Positions 45,557-57,538 of a stretch of 64,000 bases of DNA are shown here, piece by piece. Origin of the DNA: an uncultured Candidatus Binatia bacterium (GTDB lineage Bacteria > Desulfobacterota > Binatia > UBA9968 > JAJDTQ01); NCBI GenBank assembly GCA_965213675.1, contig CBDCAF010000018.1, positions 19,905 through 83,904 of the forward strand, read 5' to 3'. Each line of letters opens with the position of its first letter. Position 1 is the stretch's first letter. The position numbers and the translations under genes were made by a program. Below the pieces are notes generated by a model. That model worked only from the letters and a program-made list of their open reading frames with translations. It had not been told where the DNA came from and did no database searches.

Positions 45557-47382
45557 ACGGCAACGAACGCGGGCAGATACGCCGCAGCCAGGTCATCACG
45601 ACGTTCGGGCCGGGCGCGTTGATCGACCTGCCGCGACACTCCGCCATCGTCGGCGGACTGGAGACCTGGAGCCCGGACCTGGAGGAAATAGCCGAACCGC
45701 GGCTCACGGCGAAGCTGATGCAGATGACGGGGGTTCCCCACCCCCGGCTCTACGCTCCTCCACCGGAGCAGCGGAGGCCGTTGGACAAGAAGCGGAACAT
45801 CGGCGCGTGGCGCTTTCCGGAGTGGTTCGTGGTGCAGGAGGGCAACTGGGACGGCCGGAACTCCCGCTCCCGGCGTCTCGTGCATCGCAAGGCGCTGAAC
45901 CCCAAGGGAAGATTCGAGATCCTCGACGACAACGGCAGGCGTGCCGGCAACGACGTGGTGGCCACCCGTTTTGTCCGCGCCTGCGCCCGAGGCCATGTGG
46001 ACGACATCGACTGGTACGCCTTCGTGCACGGCGGCAACGACCCATGCCGGCGACAGTTGTGGCTGGACGAACGCGGCACCAGCGGCGACCTGGCGGAACA
46101 AGTCGTTCGTTGTGAATGCCGTAAGCAGCGGCGCATGTACGAGGCCACGCGGTTTGAGGATTTCCCCTTGGGGGTTTGCAGTGGCGCGCGGCTCTGGCTG
46201 GGCCGCCACGCCAGGGAGGAATGCCATGAGCCGAGCCGGCTGCTGATCCGCACCGCGTCGAACGCCTGGTTCCCTCAGGTCGTGAGCGTGCTGTCGTTGC
46301 CGGACCGAGGCAGTAAGGTGGAACAGGCGGTCGAAGCGATCTGGGACCGGCTGCAGATCGTTGACGATGCCGCCGGTCTCGGCTTCGTGAAGAAATACCC
46401 GGAGGTGGCCACGCGGCTGGCGCCGTTCCCGGACCAGGATGTGCTGGACGTGATCGCGGCCCGCCATGCCGGAGGGTCCGCCGGTTCGCGCCCCATCAAA
46501 CGCGCCGAGATGGATGTCCTGCTCGCGGCAGCCGAGGGTTACGGCGATGACATGGCTGTCGACCCCGACTTCCACGCCCGCCGCCTGCCGGACTCGGCTT
46601 GGCGCCGTTCGGGGCGGTTCGATGCCGTCGAAGCAGTGATCCAGGTCCACCGGCTTCGGGAAGTGCTGGCGCTAGCCGGGTTCACGCGACTGGAAGCCGT
46701 GATGCCCGACGTGGACGGGGAGTACGACGCCACCGTCGAGCGGGCCGACATCGCACGGGAGCCGCAGTGGTTCCCCGCGGTCGAAAACCGCGGCGAGGGC
46801 ATCGTGGTGCAACTCCGGGCCGAAAACGTGCGGGAGTGGCTGGGACGGGATGCGGTCAAGACACGGCTCGATATCCTGATGGCCGGACACGACGCCTGGG
46901 CGGAGAAACAGAGCGGAAGGCGCTCCACACCGCCACAGTTTCCGGGCGGACCGTACGTGCTCCTGCACACGCTGGCGCATCTGCTGATTCAATCATTGTC
47001 CCTGCGGTGCGGCTACCCGGCCGCTTCCATTCGCGAACGCATCTTCGTCGATCCGGCCGGCGCCCGGCATGCTTTGCTTCTCTATACCGCGACGCCGGAC
47101 GCCGAAGGCACCTTGGGCGGTCTCGTGCAGCAGGCGCGCGATGTCGAAGCGCATCTCCGCCAGTCTCTGGAAGCCGGAGCGCTGTGCTCCAACGATCCCG
47201 TCTGCGCCGAGCACGTACCCGGCGACAGCATGGAAGAACGTTGGCTGCACGGCGCCGCCTGCCACGGCTGCGCGCTCATCGCGGAGCCTTCCTGCGAGAT
47301 GCGCAACGAGTACCTGGATCGCGCGCTGGTGGTGCCGACCCTCCAGGCGCGGGCCGCGGCTTTTTTTGACGTCCTCGTCTGA
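45553..47382 (+). CDS. drmB: DISARM DUF1998-containing protein DrmB
   Basis: RRSQVITTFGPG, HTLAHLL, CGY..ASIRERI, GTLGGL, CSNDPVC...AACHGC...SC...N..LDR; ATGA-coupled to drmA. Confidence 0.92.
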   Translation: MNGNERGQIRRSQVITTFGPGALIDLPRHSAIVGGLETWSPDLEEIAEPRLTAKLMQMTGVPHPRLYAPPPEQRRPLDKKRNIGAWRFPEWFVVQEGNWDGRNSRSRRLVHRKALNPKGRFEILDDNGRRAGNDVVATRFVRACARGHVDDIDWYAFVHGGNDPCRRQLWLDERGTSGDLAEQVVRCECRKQRRMYEATRFEDFPLGVCSGARLWLGRHAREECHEPSRLLIRTASNAWFPQVVSVLSLPDRGSKVEQAVEAIWDRLQIVDDAAGLGFVKKYPEVATRLAPFPDQDVLDVIAARHAGGSAGSRPIKRAEMDVLLAAAEGYGDDMAVDPDFHARRLPDSAWRRSGRFDAVEAVIQVHRLREVLALAGFTRLEAVMPDVDGEYDATVERADIAREPQWFPAVENRGEGIVVQLRAENVREWLGRDAVKTRLDILMAGHDAWAEKQSGRRSTPPQFPGGPYVLLHTLAHLLIQSLSLRCGYPAASIRERIFVDPAGARHALLLYTATPDAEGTLGGLVQQARDVEAHLRQSLEAGALCSNDPVCAEHVPGDSMEERWLHGAACHGCALIAEPSCEMRNEYLDRALVVPTLQARAAAFFDVLV

Positions 47383-47414
47383 TACGCCATGAAATCGTCA
47401 CTTCCGCCTCGCCC

Positions 47415-47532
47415 CCGTCATTCCCGCGAAAGCGGGAATCCAGGGGCGGTGGTGGGGCAGCCAGACCGATGAACCCCATCCCTGTATTCCCGCTTTCGCG
47501 GGAATGACGGAAGAGGGGTGCGGGAATGACGG
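47415..47532. repeat. inverted pair of REP-like palindromes, likely terminator hairpin after drmB
   Basis: CCGTCATTCCCGCGAAAGCGGGAATCCAGGG at 47415, its near reverse complement at 47480-47510, and a partial copy at 47520. Confidence 0.85.
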
Positions 47533-47674
47533 AGGGATGGAGACGGATGGAGATGACCCTCGAATATGCCTGGGTGTACGGGTACGTTAGTTGACATCCC
47601 CTCCGCCCATATACTACGCTTTGCTTCCAGCCTCGGCATGGCTTTCCGGACGACATTGTAGGCGGCGATGCTTC

Positions 47675-48085
47675 ATGGGTAGCGAGACACTCTGGCCGCT
47701 GGGCCTTTACTTTCTGATGGCTCTCGTTGTGGCGGGAAGCATGATCGGGCTGTCGTTCGTCCTCGGCGAGCGGCACTCGGATCGCGCCACCGGGCAGCCC
47801 TACGAGTCCGGCATCCTCTCCACCGGCTCGGCGCGTGTGCGCCTTTCCGTGAAGTTCTACATCGTCGCGATGCTCTTCGTGATCTTCGACCTGGAAGCGG
47901 TTTTCATCTTCGCTTACGCCGTGGCTCACGAAGAGGTGGGTTGGTCGGGCTATGTCGGCATGGTGATATTCGTGGCGGTGCTGGTGGTGGGGCTGATCTA
48001 TGAGTACCGCATGGGCGCGCTCGACTGGGAGCCCCTCCGTCTGAGACGGGCCAGGGCCGGTCGGGAAAGGATCGGTATTTCATGA
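47675..48085 (+). CDS. nuoA: NADH-quinone oxidoreductase subunit A
   Basis: [25 protein letters not shown]. Confidence 0.95.
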   Translation: MGSETLWPLGLYFLMALVVAGSMIGLSFVLGERHSDRATGQPYESGILSTGSARVRLSVKFYIVAMLFVIFDLEAVFIFAYAVAHEEVGWSGYVGMVIFVAVLVVGLIYEYRMGALDWEPLRLRRARAGRERIGIS

Positions 48086-48714
48086 AGTGGTCGCTGTCCA
48101 AACCCCAGGCCGCGCAGGAACCGGGGAAGGGCGCCTTCGACGACGCCATGCAGCGGCTCCTGGTGATGGCGCGCCTGGACGACCTGGTGCGCTGGGGGCG
48201 CAAGAATTCGATGTGGCCCTTCCACTTCGGGCTCTCCTGCTGCTTCGTGGAAATGGCCACGAGCCTCACCAGCAAGTTCGACGTGGCCCGCTTCGGCGCC
48301 GAGGTCATTCGCGGTACGCCCCGGGAGGCCGACGTCATCGTGATCGCCGGCACCCCCTTCATCAAGATGGCGCCGGTGGTGCGGCGACTCTACGAGCAGA
48401 TGATGGAGCCCCGCTGGGTGATCTCCATGGGCGCCTGCGCCAACTCCGGCGGCATGTACGACATCTACAGCGTGGTCCAGGGAGTGGACAAGATCCTTCC
48501 CGTGGACGTGTACGTGCCGGGGTGCCCGCCCGCTCCGTGGGCGTTTCTGGAGGCGTTGACGCTCTTGCAGAAGGCCGTGGGCAACGAGCGCCGGCCCCTG
48601 AGCTGGATGGTGGGCCCCCAGGGTGTGGAGAAGGCGGAACTGCCCGCCATGCGCGACGTGAAGCGGCCCGACCGGGTTCGAGCCACCAGCCTGCGTACGC
48701 CGAACGAAGTCTGA
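48082..48714 (+). CDS. nuoB: NADH-quinone oxidoreductase subunit B
   Basis: [30 protein letters not shown]. Confidence 0.95.
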   Translation: MKWSLSKPQAAQEPGKGAFDDAMQRLLVMARLDDLVRWGRKNSMWPFHFGLSCCFVEMATSLTSKFDVARFGAEVIRGTPREADVIVIAGTPFIKMAPVVRRLYEQMMEPRWVISMGACANSGGMYDIYSVVQGVDKILPVDVYVPGCPPAPWAFLEALTLLQKAVGNERRPLSWMVGPQGVEKAELPAMRDVKRPDRVRATSLRTPNEV

Positions 48715-48828
48715 GTCTTCCGGTATCGCATTGAGGCCGATGAACACGGTGTATTCGACTTCCAGCAGGAATGACCGAATGATCGGCGCGACGCCTGCCT
48801 GGCGGGGAAAGGCGAGCGGGTCCGGACG

Positions 48829-50571
48829 ATGAGTGACGCCGCGGTCGCCGAGCTCGAAGACCGTTTCGGCGCCGAAGCCTTCACGGTGCAGGAGACCGGT
48901 TCCGGTCTGCCCACCCTGTGGACGTCGCGGGACAACCTCCCGGCATTCCTGAAGTTTCTCAAGACCGAGGTGCCGCGTCCCTTCGGCACGTTGTACGACC
49001 TTACGGCCATCGACGAACGCTTCCGCAAACACCGCGACGGCCAGCCCGAGAGCGACTTCACGGTCCTTTACCATCTCCTCTCCTACGACCGTAACGAGGA
49101 TCTGTGCATCAAGGTGCCGCTGCCGGACGGTGACGCCGCGTTGCCCACGGCCACCGGCCTGTGGCCCTCGGCCAACTGGTACGAGCGCGAGGTCTGGGAC
49201 ATGTTCGGCGTGCGCTTCGACGGACACCCGGCGTTGCGCCGTATCCTCATGCCGCTCACTTGGCAAGGCCATCCGCTGCGCAAGGAGCACCCGGCCCGGG
49301 CCACCGAAATGGGGCCATTCCAGCTTTCCGACGAGCGTCAGGACCGGGAACAGGAGGCGCTGCGTTTCCGCCCCGAGGACTGGGGCATGAAGCGCACCCG
49401 CGAGGGCTCGGACTTCATGTTTCTGAACGTCGGTCCGCAGCATCCCGGCACTCACGGGGTCATCCGCATCATCCTGCAGCTCGACGGCGAGGAGATCGTC
49501 GACTGCCTGCCGGAGATCGGCTTCCATCACCGTGGCGCGGAGAAGATGGGCGAGCGCCAGTCGTGGCATTCGTTCATCCCCTACACCGATCGCATCGATT
49601 ACCTTGGCGGGGTGATGAACAACCTCGCGTACGTGCTGTCGGTGGAGCAGTTGGCCGGCATCGACGTGCCGCATCGCGCCCAGGTGATTCGCGTGATGAT
49701 GTGCGAGCTGTTCCGCATTGCCAGTCACTTGGTGTGGTACGGCACCTTCGCCCAGGACGTGGGTTCTCTTTCCGCGGTCTTCTACATGTTCAACGACCGC
49801 GAGCGCATCTTCGACATCGTACAGGCGGTGTGCGGCGGGCGCATGCACCCGAGCTGGTTCCGCATCGGCGGCGTCGCCCACGACCTGCCCAAGGGCTGGC
49901 AGGCCATGGTGAGGGACTTCGTCGACTACATGCCGGACCGGCTTGCGGAATACGACAGGCTCGTGATGCAGAACCGCATCTTCAAGGCGCGCACCCAGGG
50001 CATTGGCGCGTATTCGGCGGCGGAAGCCATCGACTGGGGCGTCACCGGCCCGGGTCTCCGCGCCTGCGGCTTCGAGTGGGACTTCCGCAAGAAACGGCCC
50101 TACTCGGGCTACGACCAGTTCGACTTCGACGTTCCCGTTGCCTGGAAGGGCGACTGCTATGACCGCGCGCTGGTGCGCATCGAGGAGATGCGCCAGAGCC
50201 TGCGCATCATCGATCAGTGTCTCAAGAACATGCCCGCCGGGCACTACAAGTCGGATCATCCCCTGGCCACGCCGCCGCGCAAGGAGCGCACGATGCACGA
50301 CATCGAGACGCTCATCAATCACTTCCTCAGCGTGAGCTGGGGCCCGGTGATCCCGGCCGGCGAATCCTTCGTGGGCATCGAGGCGACCAAGGGCAACAAC
50401 GGCTACCGCCTGGTGAGCGACGGCGGCACGATCCCGTACCGGGTGCGCATCCGCACGCCGTCCTTCGCCCACATGCAGATGGTCCCGCTCATGAGCCGCG
50501 GCGTCATGGTGCCCGATCTGCTGGCGATTCTGGGGAGCATCGACTTCGTGCTGGCGGACATAGACCGATGA
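48829..50571 (+). CDS. nuoC: NADH-quinone oxidoreductase fused subunit C/D
   Basis: [17 protein letters not shown] (C part); [29 protein letters not shown] (D part) in one ORF. Confidence 0.95.
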   Translation: MSDAAVAELEDRFGAEAFTVQETGSGLPTLWTSRDNLPAFLKFLKTEVPRPFGTLYDLTAIDERFRKHRDGQPESDFTVLYHLLSYDRNEDLCIKVPLPDGDAALPTATGLWPSANWYEREVWDMFGVRFDGHPALRRILMPLTWQGHPLRKEHPARATEMGPFQLSDERQDREQEALRFRPEDWGMKRTREGSDFMFLNVGPQHPGTHGVIRIILQLDGEEIVDCLPEIGFHHRGAEKMGERQSWHSFIPYTDRIDYLGGVMNNLAYVLSVEQLAGIDVPHRAQVIRVMMCELFRIASHLVWYGTFAQDVGSLSAVFYMFNDRERIFDIVQAVCGGRMHPSWFRIGGVAHDLPKGWQAMVRDFVDYMPDRLAEYDRLVMQNRIFKARTQGIGAYSAAEAIDWGVTGPGLRACGFEWDFRKKRPYSGYDQFDFDVPVAWKGDCYDRALVRIEEMRQSLRIIDQCLKNMPAGHYKSDHPLATPPRKERTMHDIETLINHFLSVSWGPVIPAGESFVGIEATKGNNGYRLVSDGGTIPYRVRIRTPSFAHMQMVPLMSRGVMVPDLLAILGSIDFVLADIDR

Positions 50572-50596
50572 ACAGCGAAGTCCGGGGGCACGGGAC

Positions 50597-51103
50597 ATGG
50601 CGAAGTCGAAGGACAGGGACGCGATGCTGACCGAAGACGAGCGCAGGAAGATCCGGGAGGAGGCCGCCCACTACGACCATCCACAGGCCGCGTGCGTGGA
50701 GGCGCTGAAGATCGTCCAGGAGCACCACCGCTGGGTGTCGGACGAGCATCTGAAGGAAGTGGCCGCGCTCCTCGACATGAGTCCGGAGGCGCTGGATAGT
50801 GTCGCCACGTTCTACAATCTGATCTTCCGCAGGCCCGTGGGCGAGAACGTCATCCTTTTGTGCGACAGCGTGAGTTGCTGGATTCTGGGCTACGACGGCA
50901 TCCGTACCCATCTCAAGGAGCGCCTCGGCGTGGAGTCGGGAGAGACCACCACGGACGGCAAGTTCACGCTTCTTCCCATGGCCTGTCTGGGCACCTGTGA
51001 CCGGGGGCCGGCGATGATGGTGGGTAACGAGCTTTACCGTAATCTCGACAACGACAAGGTGGACGAGATTCTCGCCCGCTACCGGCACTCGTCGGGCGCC
51101 TGA
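50597..51103 (+). CDS. nuoE: NADH-quinone oxidoreductase subunit E
   Basis: VATFY, CDSVSC, CLGTC. Confidence 0.95.
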   Translation: MAKSKDRDAMLTEDERRKIREEAAHYDHPQAACVEALKIVQEHHRWVSDEHLKEVAALLDMSPEALDSVATFYNLIFRRPVGENVILLCDSVSCWILGYDGIRTHLKERLGVESGETTTDGKFTLLPMACLGTCDRGPAMMVGNELYRNLDNDKVDEILARYRHSSGA

Positions 51104-51117
51104 GCGGACTGGACGAC

Positions 51118-52425
51118 ATGGCGAACGCATCATCCATGGACAAGCCCCTGACGGGCGACTTGCGGCCGGACGGCGCGGTCCTCGACCTGCCCGCCTATGA
51201 AAAGGCGGGCGGTTACGAGGCGTTGCGCAGGGTGCTCAAGGAGATGGCTCCGGCGGACGTCCTCAAGGAGGTGACCGACTCCAGGCTGCGGGGGCGCGGC
51301 GGCGCGGGCTTCCCCACCGGCCAGAAGTGGAGCTTTGTGCCCATGGGCGAGAACGCGCCCACCACCAAGTATCTCGTCGCCAACGCCGACGAGATGGAGC
51401 CGGGGACCTTCAAGGACCGCCTGATCCTGGAAGGGAATCCGCACCTGCTCATCGAGGGGATGATCCTCGCGGCCTACACCATCCAGTCGACCCAAGGCTA
51501 CATCTTCCTGCGCTGGGCCTACAAGCTCGCGGCGGAGCGCATCACCCGCGCGTTGGCGGAAGCCTACGACAAGGGCTACCTGGGCGAGAACATCCTGGGC
51601 TCGGGTCACAGCTTCGAGCTGCGCCTGCACACCAGCGCCGGGCGCTACATGTGCGGCGAGGAGACCGGGCTCCTGAACGCGCTGGAGGGCAAGCGCGCCA
51701 ATCCCCGCGCCAAGCCGCCGTTCCCTCAGGTGAGCGGCCTGTGGGGCAAGCCCACCATCGTCCAGAACGTCGAGACCCTGTGCAACGTGGCGCCGATCCT
51801 GCGCAACGGCGCCCAGTGGTACCTGGGCCTGAGCCGCAGCGAGGACGGCGGCACCAAGCTCTATGGCGCGAGCGGCAAGGTGCGGCGGCCCGGGGTGTGG
51901 GAGCTGCCCTTGGGCACCACCATCCGCGAGATTCTCGAGCGGCGCGCCCGCGGCATGCGCGAGGGCTACAAGTTCCGCGGGCTGCTGCCGGGCGGCGCTT
52001 CCACCGACTTCCTCGTGGAAGACCACCTGGACGTGAAGATGGACTACGGCTCGGTGCAGGCGGCGGGCAGCCGGCTGGGCACCGGCCTGATGATCGTCCT
52101 CGACGATCAGACCTCGGTGGTGGGCATGGTGCTCAACCTCGAGCGCTTCTTCGCCCAGGAGTCCTGTGGCTGGTGCACGCCGTGCCGCGACGGGCTACCC
52201 TGGACCGCGCGCATCCTCCAGGGACTGCTCGAAGGGCGCGGGCGTCCCGGCGACCTGGAGCGGCTGGAGATGCAGATACGCATGATGGGGCCGGGCAACA
52301 CCTTCTGCGCGCTGGCGCCGGGCGCCATGGAGCCATTGCAGAGCGCCCTCAAGTATTTCCGGGAGGACTTCGAGAAGCTGATTCCCAGTGTCCCGGGACA
52401 CGACGGCAGAAGCGACACAGCGTAA
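51118..52425 (+). CDS. nuoF: NADH-quinone oxidoreductase subunit F
   Basis: LRGRGGAGF, NADEMEPG, YMCGEET, ESCGWCTPCR. Confidence 0.95.
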   Translation: MANASSMDKPLTGDLRPDGAVLDLPAYEKAGGYEALRRVLKEMAPADVLKEVTDSRLRGRGGAGFPTGQKWSFVPMGENAPTTKYLVANADEMEPGTFKDRLILEGNPHLLIEGMILAAYTIQSTQGYIFLRWAYKLAAERITRALAEAYDKGYLGENILGSGHSFELRLHTSAGRYMCGEETGLLNALEGKRANPRAKPPFPQVSGLWGKPTIVQNVETLCNVAPILRNGAQWYLGLSRSEDGGTKLYGASGKVRRPGVWELPLGTTIREILERRARGMREGYKFRGLLPGGASTDFLVEDHLDVKMDYGSVQAAGSRLGTGLMIVLDDQTSVVGMVLNLERFFAQESCGWCTPCRDGLPWTARILQGLLEGRGRPGDLERLEMQIRMMGPGNTFCALAPGAMEPLQSALKYFREDFEKLIPSVPGHDGRSDTA

Positions 52426-52430
52426 CGATC

Positions 52431-55130
52431 ATGGCCACCATCTACGTCGACGACCGGCCCTATGAGGTCGACCCCGCCCGGAATCTGCTGGAGGAATGCC
52501 TCTCCAAGGGGCTCGACCTGCCGTACTTCTGCTGGCATCCTGCCTTGGGTTCGGTGGGCGCCTGCCGGCAGTGCGCGGTCAAGCAGTACCGGGACGAGAA
52601 CGACCAGCGCGGCCGCATCGTCATGGCGTGCATGACGCCCGCCATGGACGGCGCGCGCATCTCCATCCTCGACAAGGACGCGGCGCGGTTCCGCGCGGGC
52701 ATCGTCGAGCTGCTGATGAGCAACCACCCGCATGACTGCCCGGTGTGCGACGAGGGCGGCGAATGCCACCTCCAGGACATGACGGTCATGACCGGGCACA
52801 ACTACCGCGGCTACCGCTTCGGCAAGCGCACATTCGCCAACCAGGAACTGGGGCCGTTCATCAACCACGAGATGAACCGCTGCATCACCTGTTACCGCTG
52901 CGTTCGCTACTACCGGGACTACGCGGGCGGCAAGGATCTGGACGCCTTCGCTTCCCACAACCACGTCTACTTCGGGCGCCACGAGGACGGCGTGCTGGAG
53001 AACGAATTCAGCGGCAACCTCGTGGAGGTCTGTCCCACCGGCGTCTTCACCGACAAGACCCTGAAGCAGCACTACACCCGCAAGTGGGACCTGCAGACCG
53101 CGCCGTCGGTGTGCGCCCATTGCAGCCTCGGCTGCAACACCATTGCCGGCGAGCGCTACGGCGAGGTCCGGCGCATCCTCAATCGCTACAACTCCCAGGT
53201 GAACGGCTACTTCCTGTGCGACCGCGGGCGCTTTGGCTACGGCTTCGTGAACGGCGACCGGCGCCTGCGCCAGCCGCGCCTGCACCACGATGGCGAGAGC
53301 CGTCCGGTCAGCGGCGCCGATGCGCTGAAGCGGACCGCGCTCCTCCTGGGCCGGCAGTCCCGCGTCATCGGCATCGGTTCGCCGCGGGCGTCCATGGAGG
53401 CGAACTTCGCGCTGCGGCAGCTCGTGGGTCCGCGGAACTACTTCAGCGGCATGGCCCCGGGCGAAGAACACTTGGTGGCGCGCATGCTGCATGTGCTCCG
53501 GGGCGCCGGCGTTCGCACGCCGTCGCTGCGCGAGGTGGAGTCCGCCGACGCGGTGCTGGTGTTGGGGGAGGACGTCACCCAGACGGCGCCGTTGCTTGCG
53601 CTCGCGATACGGCAAGCCGTGAAGCAGGCGCCGCGCAGGGACGCCATGCAGTTGCGCATTCCGCGGTGGGACGACGCGGCCCTGCGCGAGGTGATACAGC
53701 AACAAGGAGGGCCGCTCTTCATCGCCACCCCGGCGGGCACCCGGCTCGACGACGTGGCCACCCAGTGCTTCCGGGGCGCGCCCCACGACGTGGCGCGCTT
53801 GGGGTTCGCGGTGGCGCGGGCGCTGGATGCGAGCGCGCCCGCGGTGAAGGGGCTGTCGCGGGAAGAGCGCGCCGCGGTCCAGGCGATTGCCACGGCCCTC
53901 CGGGCAGCGGAGCGGCCGCTGGTCGTGTCCGGATCGGGTTGCGCCAGCGAGCCGGTGGTGGATGCCGCGGCGCAGGTGGCGCGCGCGCTCGGCGGGGCCG
54001 GCACCGCCAACCTCTGTTTCACGGCGTCGGAATGCAACAGTTTCGGCTTGGGACTGCTCAACGCCATGGGCACCGCCGAAGCCTTTCAGCGAGTGGCGGA
54101 CAATCTGGTCGACACGGTGGTGGTGCTGGAGAACGACCTTTACCGCCGGGTGGGCCGCGCCTCCGTGGATGCCATGCTGGGGTCCGCCCACGTGGTTGCC
54201 ATCGACCACAGCGCTACGGACACGGTAGCCGGCGCCGAGGTGGCGTTTCCCTCGGGCACGTTCGCCGAGACCGAGGGCACGGTGGTGAACAATGAGGGCC
54301 GCGCGCAGCGCTTCTACCAGGTTTTCGTGCCCCAGGGCGAGGTGAAGCCGGCGTGGCGGTGGCTGGGGGAACTGGCCCAGGCGGCCGGACGCAGCGAGTT
54401 GACGGGGCTGCGCTCGCCGGATGACCTCCTGGCCGCGCTGGGGCGCTCGGTGGCGGCGTTCGAGGGATTGCCGGAACATGTGGCCGGCGCTTCGTTCCGG
54501 GTGAACGGCGCGAAGGTGCCGCGTTTGTCCCCGCGCGCCAGCGGCCGCACCGCCATGGGGGCCGACGTGAGCGTGCATGAGCCCAAACCGCCGGAAGACC
54601 CGGAGTCGCCGTTGGCGTTCACCATGGAGGGCTATCCGCAGCAGCCCCCGGCGCCGCTGATCACGCGTTTCTGGGCGCCACGATGGAACTCTGCCCAGTC
54701 GCTCCACAAGTTCCAGGCCGAGGTGGGCGGCCCGCTCGCGGGCGGCGATCCGGGCGTTCGCCTCATTGAGCCCGTGGCCAACGGCGCCGCGGCCTACACC
54801 GACGAGATTCCGCCGGCGTTCAAGCGCCGCGTCAGCATGTTTCTGGTGGTGCCATTGCACCATATCTTCGGCTCGGAGGAGCAGAGCGCGGCCGCGCCGC
54901 CAGTGGCGCAGCGGAGTCCCGGGCCGTACGCGGCGCTCAATCCGGAGGATGCGCGGACGCTGGGAGTGCAGGACGGAGAGTTCGTGGAGATCAACTTGGG
55001 CGGCGCGGTGTTCCAGTTGCCGGCCCGCCTTTTGCCGAGCCTGACCGAGGGTCTGGTGGGCGTGCCGGTGGGAATCGGCAGCCTCCGGGGCGTCGATGTC
55101 CCCGCCTGGAGCCGCTGCCGCAGGGTTTGA
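52431..55130 (+). CDS. nuoG: NADH-quinone oxidoreductase subunit G
   Basis: [37 protein letters not shown]...CDRG; start MATIYVD. Confidence 0.95.
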   Translation: MATIYVDDRPYEVDPARNLLEECLSKGLDLPYFCWHPALGSVGACRQCAVKQYRDENDQRGRIVMACMTPAMDGARISILDKDAARFRAGIVELLMSNHPHDCPVCDEGGECHLQDMTVMTGHNYRGYRFGKRTFANQELGPFINHEMNRCITCYRCVRYYRDYAGGKDLDAFASHNHVYFGRHEDGVLENEFSGNLVEVCPTGVFTDKTLKQHYTRKWDLQTAPSVCAHCSLGCNTIAGERYGEVRRILNRYNSQVNGYFLCDRGRFGYGFVNGDRRLRQPRLHHDGESRPVSGADALKRTALLLGRQSRVIGIGSPRASMEANFALRQLVGPRNYFSGMAPGEEHLVARMLHVLRGAGVRTPSLREVESADAVLVLGEDVTQTAPLLALAIRQAVKQAPRRDAMQLRIPRWDDAALREVIQQQGGPLFIATPAGTRLDDVATQCFRGAPHDVARLGFAVARALDASAPAVKGLSREERAAVQAIATALRAAERPLVVSGSGCASEPVVDAAAQVARALGGAGTANLCFTASECNSFGLGLLNAMGTAEAFQRVADNLVDTVVVLENDLYRRVGRASVDAMLGSAHVVAIDHSATDTVAGAEVAFPSGTFAETEGTVVNNEGRAQRFYQVFVPQGEVKPAWRWLGELAQAAGRSELTGLRSPDDLLAALGRSVAAFEGLPEHVAGASFRVNGAKVPRLSPRASGRTAMGADVSVHEPKPPEDPESPLAFTMEGYPQQPPAPLITRFWAPRWNSAQSLHKFQAEVGGPLAGGDPGVRLIEPVANGAAAYTDEIPPAFKRRVSMFLVVPLHHIFGSEEQSAAAPPVAQRSPGPYAALNPEDARTLGVQDGEFVEINLGGAVFQLPARLLPSLTEGLVGVPVGIGSLRGVDVPAWSRCRRV

Positions 55131-55131
55131 C

Positions 55132-56088
55132 GTGACGGACGTGTTGCTACAGATAGCGGTGATCCTGGGGGTGCTGAACGCGCCTCTGATCCTGGCCGCG
55201 CTGCTCATCTGGCTGGAGCGGCGCTTCCTTGCCCTGCTGCAGGACCGTCATGGCCCCAACCGGGTGGGTCCGTTCGGACTCGGCATCGTGCTGGCCGACA
55301 TGATCAAGATCTTCACCAAGGAGGACTGGGTCCCGCCGTTCGCGGACCGGACCGTTTTCATACTCGCGCCCGCGGTCATCGTCGTCACCGGGCTGATGTC
55401 GGTGGCGGTGATCCCCATCACCGCGACCATCGGCGTCACCGACCTCAACATCGGACTGCTGTTCTTCCTCGCCATGTCGTCCATGGGCGTTTACAGCGTG
55501 GTGCTGGCGGGCTGGGCCTCCAACAACAAGTACGCGCTCCTTGGGGGACTTCGGGCCTCGGCGCAGATGGTGAGCTACGAAGTGTTCATGGGCCTGTCGC
55601 TCATGGGCGTGGTGCTCATGGCGGGCTCCTTCAGCCTGCGCGACATCGTCGCCGCACAGCAGGACGTCTGGTTCATCGTGCCGCAGTTCCTGGGTTTCGT
55701 CATCTTCTTCATCGCGGGGCTGGCGGAGACCCATCGGCTGCCCTTCGACCTGCCCGAGGCCGAAGCCGAGCTGGTGGCAGGGTTCCACTCCGAGTACTCC
55801 GGGATGAAGTTCGGCATGTTCTTCGTTGGTGAGTACGTCGGCGTCACCGTGATCTCGGCGATGATGGTGACGCTGTTCTTCGGCGGCTGGATGGGACCGG
55901 TGCTGCCGGGCATCGTCTGGTTCGTGTTGAAACTGCTGTTCTTCATCCTGATATTCATTCTGTTGCGGGCGGCGCTGCCACGACCGCGCTTCGATCAATT
56001 GATGGCCTTTGGTTGGAAGGTGCTGCTGCCGTTGTCGCTGCTCAACCTGGTGGTGACGGCCGGGGCGCTGCTGCTGTGGAAGGCTTGA
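55132..56088 (+). CDS. nuoH: NADH-quinone oxidoreductase subunit H
   Basis: ERR...[22 protein letters not shown]...EYS, PRPRFDQ; GTG start inferred. Confidence 0.93.
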   Translation: MTDVLLQIAVILGVLNAPLILAALLIWLERRFLALLQDRHGPNRVGPFGLGIVLADMIKIFTKEDWVPPFADRTVFILAPAVIVVTGLMSVAVIPITATIGVTDLNIGLLFFLAMSSMGVYSVVLAGWASNNKYALLGGLRASAQMVSYEVFMGLSLMGVVLMAGSFSLRDIVAAQQDVWFIVPQFLGFVIFFIAGLAETHRLPFDLPEAEAELVAGFHSEYSGMKFGMFFVGEYVGVTVISAMMVTLFFGGWMGPVLPGIVWFVLKLLFFILIFILLRAALPRPRFDQLMAFGWKVLLPLSLLNLVVTAGALLLWKA

Positions 56089-56150
56089 GAGGTTTGTGAC
56101 GCGGGACACTTGCCGATGTCGTCGTGCCCGAAAGCTGCGAGGAGCCATCG

Positions 56151-56666
56151 ATGCTAAGCATGCTGCGGACCATCTGGACGGTGCTGATGCATCTGTTCCG
56201 GCGTCCCATCACGGTCCAGTACCCGGAGGAGAAGCCGTATCTGCCGCCGCGTTACCGCGGACGGATCATCCTCTCGCGCGATCCGGACGGCGACGAGCGC
56301 TGCGTCGGCTGCTACCTCTGTTCCGCCGCCTGTCCGGTGGACTGCATCGCGCTCCAGGCCGGGGAGCGGGCGGACGGACGGCGCTACCCCGAGTTCTTCC
56401 GCATCAACTTCTCGCGCTGCATCTTCTGCGGCCTGTGCGAGGAGGCGTGTCCGACGTACGCGATTCAACTGACGCCGGACTTCGAGTTGTGCGAGTACAA
56501 CCGGCAGAACCTCGTGTACGAGAAGGAGGATCTCCTGATCAACGGCCCCGGCAAGTATCCCGGCTACAACTTCTACCGGGTCGCCGGCCTGGCCATCGAC
56601 GGAAAGGAAAAGGGGGCGTCCGAGAACGAGGACAAGCCCGTGGACGTGAAGAGTCTGTTGCCGTGA
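56151..56666 (+). CDS. nuoI: NADH-quinone oxidoreductase subunit I
   Basis: CVGCYLC...CP and [12 protein letters not shown]. Confidence 0.95.
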   Translation: MLSMLRTIWTVLMHLFRRPITVQYPEEKPYLPPRYRGRIILSRDPDGDERCVGCYLCSAACPVDCIALQAGERADGRRYPEFFRINFSRCIFCGLCEEACPTYAIQLTPDFELCEYNRQNLVYEKEDLLINGPGKYPGYNFYRVAGLAIDGKEKGASENEDKPVDVKSLLP

Positions 56667-56713
56667 CCGGCGCCACGGCCCGGAACAGGCCGTAACCGAG
56701 CATTCACAACGCC

Positions 56714-57229
56714 ATGACGCTTATCTATTACCTGGCGGCTGCCGTTGCCGTCGTCTCGACGGCCATGGTCATCACGCGCTCCAACGCGGTGCACGCGCTA
56801 CTGTACATGATCGTGTCGCTGCTGTCGTTGGCGCTGATCTTCTTCACTCTCGGCGCGCCGTTCGTGGCGGCCCTGGAGGTGATCGTCTACGCCGGCGCCA
56901 TCGTGGTGCTGTTCGTGTTCGTTGTGATGATGCTCAATCTCGGCGCCGAGGCCACGGCCCGGGAGCGCCGGTGGCTGCAACCCAGGGCATGGATCGGCCC
57001 CGCGCTTCTCACGGCGATCCTGTTTGCCGAGTTCCTGGTGGTGGTGGCCACCGAGCCTGTGGCGGCGGGTGCTCCCGCGGGCGTGGATGCCAAGCGTGTG
57101 GGCGCCGCCCTCTTCGGCCGCTACGTGCTCGGGGTGGAGTTGGCGGCCATGTTGCTGCTGGCTGGCCTCGTGGGCACGTTCCATCTGGCTCGGCGGGCGC
57201 CTGCCGGCGGCGAGGAGGATGAGTCCTGA
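56714..57229 (+). CDS. nuoJ: NADH-quinone oxidoreductase subunit J
   Basis: [22 protein letters not shown]. Confidence 0.93.
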   Translation: MTLIYYLAAAVAVVSTAMVITRSNAVHALLYMIVSLLSLALIFFTLGAPFVAALEVIVYAGAIVVLFVFVVMMLNLGAEATARERRWLQPRAWIGPALLTAILFAEFLVVVATEPVAAGAPAGVDAKRVGAALFGRYVLGVELAAMLLLAGLVGTFHLARRAPAGGEEDES

Positions 57230-57537
57230 TGGCCGCGGTTCCCATGGAGCACGGACTCGCGCTGGCGGCGGTATTGTTCACCCTCGGGCTCACGGGCGTG
57301 TTGGTGCGCCGCAACATCATCTTCGTGCTGCTGTCCCTGGAGATCATGCTCAACGCCGCCGCCCTGGCCTTCGTGGTGGCGGGGGCGCACTGGGGTCAGG
57401 CCGACGGACAGGTCATGTTCTTTTTCATCCTGGCCATGGCCGCGGCCGAAGCGGCGGTGGGTCTCGCCCTGGTGGTGCAGCTCTACTATCGCTTCAATAC
57501 CCTGGACGTCGACACGGTGAGCGACCTGAGAGGCTGA
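57229..57537 (+). CDS. nuoK: NADH-quinone oxidoreductase subunit K
   Basis: RRN...[19 protein letters not shown]. Confidence 0.95.
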   Translation: MAAVPMEHGLALAAVLFTLGLTGVLVRRNIIFVLLSLEIMLNAAALAFVVAGAHWGQADGQVMFFFILAMAAAEAAVGLALVVQLYYRFNTLDVDTVSDLRG

Positions 57538-57538
57538 C

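Noticed and set aside
23300-47420. Prophage, ICE or integrase-borne island
   Set aside because: I found no integrase, transposase, tRNA, att-like direct repeat or phage structural gene at the borders.
51327-52430. Apparent 368-aa N-terminal extension of NuoG
   Set aside because: It is an alternative-frame overlap with nuoF; NuoG begins at MATIYVD (52431).
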